Made by a program: the position numbers and the translations under genes. This document shows positions 53,607-62,955 of a stretch of DNA of 64,000 nt, piece by piece; the first letter of the stretch is position 1; each line of letters opens with the position of its first letter. The stretch spans positions 19,282,001 to 19,346,000 of the forward strand of contig NC_092674.1 in NCBI RefSeq assembly GCF_964355755.1. Direction: 5' to 3'. The notes beneath the pieces were generated by a model. It was not told where the DNA came from, did no database searches, and worked only from the letters and a program-made list of their open reading frames with translations. The DNA comes from Antedon mediterranea (lineage: Eukaryota; Animalia; Echinodermata).

Positions 53607-54193
53607 TGTAATATAAGGATATACTGTTATATTTAAGAAATTGACCTTTGTATCGGAATTCAAATAGGTTCACAAACTTGACCCAGAAAGTCCAAAGGAG
53701 AGTTTGTCCAGATGTTTTAATGACCATTTAGTTTATAATAGAGTCCCTAAAGAAAACACTTAGCTTAATTTTGTGACTTTCCCATCGAGTGATCGACACT
53801 ATTTAAGTACAGACTTGACAGTGTCATCCATCACAGAAATACCTTATTATACCGTTAATCACTCCCACTTAAACACCCCTGGACCAACTTAGGACCAATC
53901 GTTACCCTCACAGATTACGTAGTGACATATGCAAATGAACTGAGCCAATATACTCCCAAGTTTCAGAAGGGCCCAGACACACCTTACAGCCACCTCACGG
54001 AGCACACACCTCACAGCAGACCTACACACTTCACACCTCACCGACAGCATCATTGATCCTCCGCGTTCCTTATCTATACTTATAGTTGTATATTGTACTG
54101 AAGTATTATACTGAATAAATAATATATGTGTTACGACAGTCAAGCGAGTTAGAGTCTTTCATTAGTACCTCAACAAACCAACATTATATTACA
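53607..54193 (+). repeat. 5' LTR of Gypsy copy 2
   Basis: TGTAATATAA..TTATATTACA. Contains CCAAT (53895, 53945), the octamer ATGCAAAT (53929-36) and AATAAA near 54114. Confidence 0.96.
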
Positions 54194-54206
54194 TGGTGGA
54201 AGACCC
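54194..54206 (+). promoter_or_regulatory. Primer-binding site TGGTGGAAGACCC
   Basis: TGG directly after the LTR end; identical in copy 1. Confidence 0.65.
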
Positions 54207-54323
54207 AAATTTCATAAGGAACGGAGTGAGAAAACAAGAAATAAACACTTAACAAGACACGAAGACGAAGACAAAGACAAAAATAACCATATTTGTTTGA
54301 AAGGAGAGAAATTTACTTTGACT

Positions 54324-54533
54324 CAAAAGACAAGCTGAAATTATATTTGAATGAGATCGAGACAAGCAGAAATTTGATCAAATTATTACCATTGGATGAA
54401 AGACAAAGAAGATAATCGAGGAAGACACAAAAGACAAGCTGAAATTATATTTGAATGAGATCGAGACAAGCAGAAATTTTATCAAATTATAACCATTGGA
54501 TAAAGACAAAGAAGATAATCTAGGAAGACCCAA
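54324..54533 (+). repeat. Tandem duplication of about 104 bp in the Gypsy 5' leader (also about 20790-21010 in copy 1)
   Basis: caaaagacaagctgaaattatatttgaatgagatcgagacaagc starts at 54324 and again at 54428. Confidence 0.85.
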
Positions 54534-54867
54534 GCAGAATCAAAACAGAAGCAAGCGGACAAGAACTATTTCGTTTGAACACTTTCAACTTCACGCCGTT
54601 TTTTTTTTCGATCGTTTTTTTTAACATTTATTTTTTTGACCATTTTGAACATTGATGAGCACTTTTAACATTTCTTTAATTCGTTGTTTGAACATTTAAA
54701 CATTTTTAACACTTTTTGCTTTCCTTTAATTCATTTTTAATTGGATCCGAAGCATTTGGGGTAAGTCAAAACCATTTTGATTTTTGATTTGTAACCTTGA
54801 TTGAAAAGTGAGAGTTTACATATACACTAAATTGTTTTGATATTTTGATTAATTAATATTATAAAGT

Positions 54868-55833
54868 ATGGTCGACGTTGTTGATAACGAAGTAATTTTA
54901 AATGAGCCCGTCAATCCTCACCCCGTGCCCCACCTAAGACAAACCGATTTCCTTCCCAAAAGATATGACGGTTCCATAACCGATCACGACCAATGTAGTG
55001 CACATTACTTATCGTTTACCGACTACCTTGAGGCCCACACGTTAGAAAACCCTGTAAACAATGCCCAATTAATTAATGTAATAAGTATTTTTAAACGTAG
55101 CCTTCAGGGCCAAGCTAGACTCTGGATTGAGGGAAAGCAGTTCGATTCACTAGAATCCTTAAAAACCCAATTCATCAACAGGTTTAGTAAAAACAAATCA
55201 ATCTATGCGCACATAAGAGAATACGATTCAATTACATACACCACTGGCGACAATGCCGAAAAGCACTTAACCAAAATCAAACAAGCCGCAGACAGAATTG
55301 GATACGCTGACCAGCAGATAAAGAATAAATTTATTTCGACCCTTCCACCAAAATGTAGAGCAGCTGTAGCCATGTCCACCCCAATCGATGCCACTATTGA
55401 AAATATTGTAAATAGCACACAAAATTACCTTGACCTTTCCGTAGATGATGCCACACGGGAAGTTTCATTCAATATCAATAAGGAAACAGATAGGCCTAAT
55501 AGTCTCGAATCGCTCCAACATGAGATAAATTCTCTCAAGTTAGACATGGCCACAACAAAACGATCCCTTAATGATGATACTCGACGCTCACGTTCCCCCA
55601 CCCGAAATTATATCCCAAGACGAAACCGAAGCCCAAGCCCATACAAACCCCGATTCCAGACCCCACCGACCCCAAGATATAGACAACCTCCCCCAACCTG
55701 TTATTACTGCGGGAAACCAGGCCACATAGCAAGGCACTGCCGACAACAAAACCGCTCTTACGGAAACTATCCCCCGCCATACCCATACCAACAGTCAAAC
55801 AATTACTACCCTAGCCACCAGCAGGATTTTTAA
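54868..55833 (+). CDS. gag: Gypsy Gag, 321 aa
   Basis: CCHC knuckle; nearly identical to 19458..20417. Confidence 0.95.
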   Translation: MVDVVDNEVILNEPVNPHPVPHLRQTDFLPKRYDGSITDHDQCSAHYLSFTDYLEAHTLENPVNNAQLINVISIFKRSLQGQARLWIEGKQFDSLESLKTQFINRFSKNKSIYAHIREYDSITYTTGDNAEKHLTKIKQAADRIGYADQQIKNKFISTLPPKCRAAVAMSTPIDATIENIVNSTQNYLDLSVDDATREVSFNINKETDRPNSLESLQHEINSLKLDMATTKRSLNDDTRRSRSPTRNYIPRRNRSPSPYKPRFQTPPTPRYRQPPPTCYYCGKPGHIARHCRQQNRSYGNYPPPYPYQQSNNYYPSHQQDF

Positions 55834-55869
55834 AAAGGGGACTAGATGCCGCCTATAATCTGGCCCCCC
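55824..55869 (+). promoter_or_regulatory. -1 programmed ribosomal frameshift signal (G GAT TTT + hairpin)
   Basis: The pol frame is -1 to gag and open from 55815. The heptamer at 55824-30 precedes the gag stop. The stem GGGGACTAGAT/ATCTGGCCCCC begins 6 nt downstream. Confidence 0.75.
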
Positions 55870-58800
55870 ATACTAAATACGACAATTTTAAGGCAAAATA
55901 CTTAGGGAATTCAGATAATATTGATTTGTTACTTAACGACAGAAATTACGTTAAAGGAAATTTACCAGATGGTAGAAATGTTTTAACTTTATTTGACAGT
56001 GGTTCAACTAGAACTATAATCTCACAATCGTACGTTAATTCCTCACTTTATTTATCGCGTTTAAAGCCAGTTAAAGTGAACACAACTAAATTTAGATTAG
56101 GTAACGGTGACTTCTTATATGCCAACCACTTAGTGCAATTCGAATTATTTATCCAAGGACACAAATTTAAAATTTCAGCATTAATCGTTAAAAATTTGAC
56201 AGGTATTGACCTGATACTTGGAACCGAAACATTGTCTGAACTCGACGGTACTTTAAATTTTAAGGAAAACACATTTCGCATTAGACCAAAGATTTTTAGC
56301 TTTCGTCCTGTACACAAGATTTTTCTTAAACCCGGTGATACTAAAACAGTTAAATTAAAAGGAAGGGTTCCCGCCTTTGTACGCAATTCTGATGTTGTTC
56401 TACATGCAACCACCCATATTTCAAAACTTTGTCCATCAGATATGTTAGTAAAATTACACAGAGGAGAAACCAACATTGATATCACTAACAACACAAACAG
56501 AAACGTATCTCTAAATACACATCAACCTATCGCGAGCCTTCACTTAACCAACCTTGTAACAGTTACTAACGACCTACCAATTGATAGAATAAAGTTGACC
56601 AATGATAACGCAAACAAGTACCCACATTTAGAACGTACAGACCCATTGCTAACTTTAACCGAGGAAGAAATAATTAGAAAACAAGTTGATTTAACAGACA
56701 GCGTTTTAACACATAGAGAAAAAGAAGATTTGTACAAAACCTTACAACAAAACAGAAATGCATTTTCACTTTATGGTGAACTATCTAGCTGCCCAAACTT
56801 CAAAGCTGACATACACCTCTCTAACGATGAACCATTTTTTATTCGCCCATACTTCGCGACAGACAAAGACAAACATGTTATTGAGGCCGAATTGAACAAA
56901 TTAGTCAAATTAGGAATCTTAGCAGTAGGACACCAATCGTATACTTCCCCTGTCCTTCTTGTTTCAAAGAAAAATTCAAAAGATAAAAGAGTTGTCACAG
57001 ACTTCCGCTATCTCAATTCCAGGATAAAACGTATTAATCACCCATTTCCATTATTGGCCGAAACTTTGAAAACAATAGGTAACGCTAATGCACAGATTCT
57101 TAGCGTAATTGATTTGAAATCAGCGTTCCACTGTGTACCATTAGCCGAACATGCCCAACAATACACAGGTATAGCTTCATATCATGGTGGAAAGCATTAT
57201 TATTATAAGAGATTAGCACAAGGATTAAACGTTTCACCAGGTATATTTCAAGCAAAGATTGACGAAATTTTAAATGAAATCCCAAATTCTAGAAAATTCT
57301 GTATCGCCCATCACGATGATATTATTTTATTTAGCCAAGACAAATTTGCTCATAAGCAGCACCTCGTTTCCGTTTTACAAGCCCTACAATTAAATGGTTT
57401 TAGAATTTGTCCAAAGAAATGTAAGTTATTCAAGAATAAAGTGCAATATATGGGACACACCATCCTGATTAATTCTTCAGGACACGCATGTATCACACCA
57501 TTAGGCGACAGGTGTGCAGCTATCCGAAATTTGCCAGTCCCACGAACCCATAAAGAAACTAAACGATTTATTGGTGCAGTAAATTATGTATCCCATTTTT
57601 TCCCTCAAATACAATCAATTTTACGTCCGTTACACACACTCGCAAGCAAACGCCGAAAATTTTTTTGGTCTACTGAACACCAGAAAGCATTTGACGAAAT
57701 TAAACAATTAATGGTTAAACCACCAACTCTTCAAATGCCTAGAAAAGAAGGTAGATTTACGCTATATAGCGACACTTCAAGAACCGCAACAGGTTCATAT
57801 TTAACACAAACAGTAAACGATAAAGAACACATAATAGGTTATTATTCCAAAATCTTACCACAAGCCTGTCAACGATATAGCGTCACAGAATTAGAGTTAT
57901 TTGGACTTTACATTAACGTTTCAGCATTTCGACACTTACTAAAGGGTTGCGAATTTGATGCATTCGTAGACCACTCAGCAATTGTACAAATTTGGAATTC
58001 AAAAGATCAGCCATGTACACCCCGTTTACAGAAACTAATATTACGATTGTCCGGATACATTTTCCAAATTGGTTATAAGAAAGGAACTGAATTAGTTTTA
58101 GCAGATTTTCTCTCCCGAGCCCCTCGTGACGACGATTCCGAAATTGATCAAGTTGTACCCATTGCATTTAATATTACAGAGACTGAATCTCTTAACCCGA
58201 TTACAAACACATCTACTAGCAGACCAGTAACAAGGTCATACGCCAAGAAAATGGGAATAAATATACCTGACCTACATAAACCCAAACCAGTACAAACGCC
58301 TGTCATTAATCAAAACCCAGTGACAACAAACACGCGACCTACACCTCAACCTACCACTACACCACAGATAATCACGAGACAACAAACAAACGCACATCGA
58401 TCACCGCCCATCACAACGCCACCCATCGTAACGCCACCCCCAATACGTAATGTAAACATTCGACAACCTCCAGAGGAACGACTAGTAGACAAAAATAAGC
58501 AAAGCAAAGATACTACACATCGAAATGTACCAGTTGAATTGTATACATCGCCCAAACCACTAGTACCAAACATAACTGAATTTAAGTCAGCACACATCCC
58601 AAAACAACAAGACTTAGATAGATTAATGGATGTTATTCAAAGAAAGATAATTAGAGATTATAACCTCCCAGTAGATGTTAAACAATTACGTGTTGAACAA
58701 GAAACTTCACCATTTTTTAAGCCAGTTTATGATTATTTAGTTCATGATATCCTTCCAGCTGATAAGAAAGCAGCTCGTGCAGTTCAGAATAAGTCAGAGC

Positions 58801-60539
58801 AGTACATATTGTGCAACGGTTTACTATTCCGTTTATTTTTCCAAGATAAAGGTGGAGAATTTGTATTGCAATTAGCTGTTCCTGAAAACTTAGCAGAGAC
58901 TGTTATTTCTCAGTATCACGACAATTTGTTAAGTAGCCACCAAGGTACGATGCGTACTTACCTTACTATTAGGAAATTATTTTACATGCCCCTTATGTTC
59001 GAGAAAGTCAACAATTATACCCAAGCGTGTCTTAGATGTCAACAATTTCGTCCCAAAACCGATAAATTACGTCCTTTACACGATCGAGTACCAGCAACTT
59101 ACCGTCCCTTTCATACACTCAGTCTAGATTTTAAGAGTATGCCAACTTCACCTTCAGGTTTTAAACACATTATGGTAGTATGTGATGAGATAACTAGATT
59201 TTTGATTTGTGTACCTTTGAAATCCATTGATGCCGAAACAATTTGCAAAGCACTAATTCAAAAGGTCTTCAGTATTTTTGGGCCCCCATCTCGTCTTATT
59301 TCAGATGCAGCAACCTCCCTTACAGGAAAATTATTAACACTATTATGTAACACCCTTAATATTGATAGGAAAATCATCAGCGTCCACAATCACGGTAGTT
59401 TACAAGTTGAACGTCATATCCGCACCGTATCGGACCTGTTAAAGGTCAACCTTAACCAATTCGGAACAGATTGGGTTAGATTTGTATCAACAACATGTTA
59501 TGCTTATAACTCGTTTTCATCCCCACATCTAGGAAACCACTCCCCTTACGAATTAGTTTTTGGCCGCCAACCTCCAAGTTTGACCTCATTAGCATTTAAC
59601 CCTATTTCAGGATTGTCTCATTCCTATGAAGAATACTTTGAACATCTCAAGAAGAAATTTCAAAACATTTCACAGACAATGCTACAATTACAGCGAACAC
59701 AACAAAACGTCCAAAACTCAAAAATTTCCCAACGCTTAGAAAAAAGTCCAATTTACTCAGTAGGACAACTCGTATATTTATACAAGCCAACATCATCATC
59801 ACTAACGGCAAATTCAAAGAAAATCGCCGCAGAATGGGTCGGACCATTAGTGATTCATGAAGTACTAGACAGAACACACTACATCCTAGCGACGATTAAA
59901 GGAGAAATACTTCGCGACGTATTCAATTATAACAGACTGAAACCCTGTTTTATGAGAACGCCTAAAGAACGCAAAAATTTTACACATCTACAAAAACTTA
60001 AACAATTGTTGAATGAACCAACTGATTATAATAACGATAAAATCCAAAACACCATTAATGTAGTAAATGACGAAATCAATGTTGAATTTGTAGACGAACA
60101 TGATAGGACACCCACCCAATTGCAATCAGATACCCTTACACATCCAACTAAGATAGAACCCCTTAACTTGCAACCTTACATTGACTGTGTAGAGAATAAC
60201 ATGGGATTAGCAGCCCCATTCCAAATGAAAGAAGAACAAATCAAGGAACAAACTAATCTAATTATGACAGCACCTAATGATTCAAATATGACATTAAACC
60301 GAGGTAGATTTAAAGCAGGACATTTCCAAGTTTTAGTTTCATATTCTAAACCGACTTCAGCCAAACGCAACACTGATAAAACAAAACACGAATCTAATGA
60401 TCGCAAATTTTGGTGGAATATTGACAGATATAACGATACAGATAAATTAATTAAAGAGATCATTAATGATAAACAGATACCGATAAGTGGATCGCCAAAA
60501 CGATTCATAAAACGTTTGTATAATGCAACAAGTTACTGA
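55830..60539 (+). CDS. pol: Gypsy Pol polyprotein (protease DSG, RT with HHDD, RNase H, integrase HHCC/DDE, C-terminal extension)
   Basis: FDSGS protease; RVVTDFRYLN, IDLKSAFH, QGLNVSP, HHDD; YSDTS and ELELFG (RNase H); H..H..CxxC, SLDF/ISD/VER and WVGP (integrase). Confidence 0.97.
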   Translation, partial: LKRGLDAAYNLAPHTKYDNFKAKYLGNSDNIDLLLNDRNYVKGNLPDGRNVLTLFDSGSTRTIISQSYVNSSLYLSRLKPVKVNTTKFRLGNGDFLYANHLVQFELFIQGHKFKISALIVKNLTGIDLILGTETLSELDGTLNFKENTFRIRPKIFSFRPVHKIFLKPGDTKTVKLKGRVPAFVRNSDVVLHATTHISKLCPSDMLVKLHRGETNIDITNNTNRNVSLNTHQPIASLHLTNLVTVTNDLPIDRIKLTNDNANKYPHLERTDPLLTLTEEEIIRKQVDLTDSVLTHREKEDLYKTLQQNRNAFSLYGELSSCPNFKADIHLSNDEPFFIRPYFATDKDKHVIEAELNKLVKLGILAVGHQSYTSPVLLVSKKNSKDKRVVTDFRYLNSRIKRINHPFPLLAETLKTIGNANAQILSVIDLKSAFHCVPLAEHAQQYTGIASYHGGKHYYYKRLAQGLNVSPGIFQAKIDEILNEIPNSRKFCIAHHDDIILFSQDKFAHKQHLVSVLQALQLNGFRICPKKCKLFKNKVQYMGHTILINSSGHACITPLGDRCAAIRNLPVPRTHKETKRFIGAVNYVSHFFPQIQSILRPLHTLASKRRKFFWSTEHQKAFDEIKQLMVKPPTLQMPRKEGRFTLYSDTSRTATGSYLTQTVNDKEHIIGYYSKILPQACQRYSVTELELFGLYINVSAFRHLLKGCEFDAFVDHSAIVQIWNSKDQPCTPRLQKLILRLSGYIFQIGYKKGTELVLADFLSRAPRDDDSEIDQVVPIAFNITETESLNPITNTSTSRPVTRSYAKKMGINIPDLHKPKPVQTPVINQNPVTTNTRPTPQPTTTPQIITRQQTNAHRSPPITTPPIVTPPPIRNVNIRQPPEERLVDKNKQSKDTTHRNVPVELYTSPKPLVPNITEFKSAHIPKQQDLDRLMDVIQRKIIRDYNLPVDVKQLRVEQETSPFFKPVYDYLVHDILPADKKAARAVQNKSEQYILCNGLLFRLFFQDKGGEFVLQLAVPENLAETVISQYHDNLLSSHQGTMRTYLTIRKLFYMPLMFEKVNNYTQACLRCQQFRPKTDKLRPLHDRVPATYRPFHTLSLDFKSMPTSPSGFKHIMVVCDEITRFLICVPLKSIDAETICKALIQKVFSIFGPPSRLISDAATSLTGKLLTLLCNTLNIDRKIISVHNHGSLQVERHIRTVSDLLKVNLNQFGTDWVRFVSTTCYAYNSFSSPHLGNHSPYELVFGRQPPSLTSLAFNPISGLSHSYEEYFEHLKKKFQNISQTMLQLQRTQQNVQNSKISQRLEKSPIYSVGQLVYLYKPTSSSLTANSKKIAAEWVGPLVIHEVLDRTHYILATIKGEILRDVFNYNRLKPCFMRTPKERKNFTHLQKLKQLLNEPTDYNNDKIQNTINVVNDEINVEFVDEHDRTPTQLQSDTLTHPTKIEPLNLQPYIDCVENNMGLAAPFQMKEEQIKEQTNLIMTAPNDSNMTLNRGRFKAGHFQVLVSYSKPTSAKRNTDKTKHESNDRKFWWNIDRYNDTDKLIKEIINDKQIPISGSPKRFIKRLYNATSY

Positions 60540-61413
60540 TTTAATTTTTTGCAAGATTATTTTAAATTACGACATTTGCTAAATTAATGATAGCATAGTC
60601 TACGTATTTGATGAGATTTGTTTAATAATAATGTGATTTCAGTTAAAAGAGAATTGAATTTATGTTTAAGTATTGATTTTGTAACGAGTTTTTTTTGATA
60701 AAGATTAATTTTGAATTTTGATGATCGATATATTGAGATATTGAAAAGAACGACAATCATTTTGTAACAAATATTTTGTTGAACCTTTGAGTCGTTAATC
60801 TCAAGCATTAATTAATTGATATACAATAACAGGAGATTTTCTTAGTACTTTTAATTGTAATTTTGTTGACATTGAGTACAAAAGTCGAATTTGTCGATTG
60901 ATTGAAATCGTAATTACCTGTGAATATAAATGCTTAAATCGATAAAGTTGTGACGATAATGATATATTGTGGATAAGTTTGTGTCAACGGGACACACACA
61001 TTTGTTTCTTTAAAGTTTAAGTGATTAAGTTTGATATTTTGATTTTAGGCTAATCAGCCACAGTTTCTTGAATTTTATGTTTTGATTTGATTGATTTATG
61101 TTTGAAGACCATTAGAACGCGATGAGTTGTCGCACGATTTGACGTATGTTCAATGTAACATACTATTTTTAAGTTTTGTAATTTTATTTTTAACTGATTT
61201 ATGTTTGATTTACGCGAATTTTATACCAAATTCATTTTTGATTTTAATTTTTTTAAGAGAGAGAAGAGAGAGAGTGAAAGTGATAAGGTTACACTTCAGA
61301 GTCAATGGTTTTGGCTAACTCAATTTTTGCATATATGTATAATGTTTTTTTTCTTTTATATAACTTTAATTTTGCATGCCACTATTATAACCATTTTATA
61401 TGTTAAATAGATT

Positions 61414-61439
61414 AGAAAAAAAAAAGGGAAACAGAGGGA
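61414..61439 (+). promoter_or_regulatory. Polypurine tract
   Basis: agaaaaaaaaaagggaaacagaggga lies immediately before the 3' LTR. Confidence 0.85.
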
Positions 61440-62026
61440 TGTAATATAAGGATATACTGTTATATTTAAGAAATTGACCTTTGTATCGGAATTCAAATAG
61501 GTTCACAAACTTGACCCAGAAAGTCCAAAGGAGAGTTTGTCCAGATGTTTTAATGACCATTTAGTTTATAATAGAGTCCCTAAAGAAAACACTTAGCTTA
61601 ATTTTGTGACTTTCCCATCGAGTGATCGACACTATTTAAGTACAGACTTGACAGTGTCATCCATCACAGAAATACCTTATTATACCGTTAATCACTCCCA
61701 CTTAAACACCCCTGGACCAACTTAGGACCAATCGTTACCCTCACAGATTACGTAGTGACATATGCAAATGAACTGAGCCAATATACTCCCAAGTTTCAGA
61801 AGGGCCCAGACACACCTTACAGCCACCTCACGGAGCACACACCTCACAGCAGACCTACACACTTCACACCTCACCGACAGCATCATTGATCCTCCGCGTT
61901 CCTTATCTATACTTATAGTTGTATATTGTACTGAAGTATTATACTGAATAAATAATATATGTGTTACGACAGTCAAGCGAGTTAGAGTCTTTCATTAGTA
62001 CCTCAACAAACCAACATTATATTACA
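61440..62026 (+). repeat. 3' LTR of Gypsy copy 2
   Basis: Direct repeat of 53607-54193 at an offset of 7833. Confidence 0.96.
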
Positions 62027-62574
62027 GTATGTTCCATTTTGTATATTTTGTGCATTACAGTTAATAAAATGTTGACAAAATATCTATAATCTATCGATTT
62101 ATTTTAAACATAGATATACATTTTGTTAGCATAAATTATTTTAAAAATAGTATAATTTAACATTTATTTTAAAAGGAAATAAAGATTTTTTGAAAATGTT
62201 AGTTTTAACTTAATTATTTACAAACCTATTCGGAATGAATATTTGCAATATTGCATTATTGTCATAAAGATGTTTATGGTGTATTATAATTATTTAGTCA
62301 TTGCTAGTAATAACGCAAACACATATTTTAGAGCAATTATTTAATCCTTAAATTAAAATTATTTAAATGTTTATTATTAATTATAGAGGGTAGTATTACT
62401 ATTTTGCGTGACTTCAGTGGATATATACTATTTATTATGTTATGGTTGTTCTTTATAATATTGTAGGTTAATGTTTTAGTCAGGGGTTTTGGTAATAAAC
62501 ACTCCAATACGTTTTCACCTTTTTTGAACGTTTTGAACTTCTTTCTTCTGGCTAATTATTGTATCCTTTGTATC

Positions 62575-62955
62575 TGGTAGTTGTCCTAGGGTGTAAAGTT
62601 GTCCTAGAGGGTAGTTATTCAAGGCAGAGGGGTAGTTGTCATAGAGTGCATAGATGTCCTAGGGTGTAGTTGTCCTAGGGGTGGTTATCCTATGAATAGT
62701 TTTCCTTGAGGGTAGTTGTTCTGGGAGAGGGGTAGTTCTCATACGGTGCATAGATATCCTAGAGGATAGTTGCCCTAGGGGTGGTTATCCTATGGATAGT
62801 TGTCATAGAGGGTAGTTTTCCTAGTTTGTAGTTCTCCTAGAGGGTATTTGCCAATAGGAGGATAGTTATCCTAGTTGACCGGGTGGTAGTTGTCCTAGGG
62901 GGTAGTTATCTGGGTGGTAGTTGTCCGAGTAGTAGTTTTCCATAGCGTAGTTGTT
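62575..62955. repeat. Short-period tandem repeat (gggtagttgtcctag, about 16-17 bp)
   Basis: Many degenerate units; an inverted remnant lies at about 30905-30937. Confidence 0.8.

Larger units (their letters stand above)
53607..62026 (+). mobile_element. Ty3/Gypsy LTR retrotransposon, copy 2 (intact, very recent)
   Basis: 587-bp LTRs at 53607-54193 and 61440-62026 with no difference found by eye; TSD GTAT (53603-06 / 62027-30); uninterrupted gag and pol. Confidence 0.98.

Noticed and set aside
56048-60508. Antisense ORFs conserved in both Gypsy copies (e.g. 148 aa and 110 aa)
   Set aside because: Their conservation follows from copy identity and pol codon structure; no motifs recognised.
60540-61413. 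env-like third ORF
   Set aside because: Only short ORFs, with frames that differ between the two copies; no signal peptide/TM architecture.
13275-62026. Past inversion, composite transposon or assembly duplication involving the two Gypsy copies
   Set aside because: Each copy has its own matching TSD (GTAC and GTAT) and distinct LTR indels, so they are independent, unrecombined insertions.
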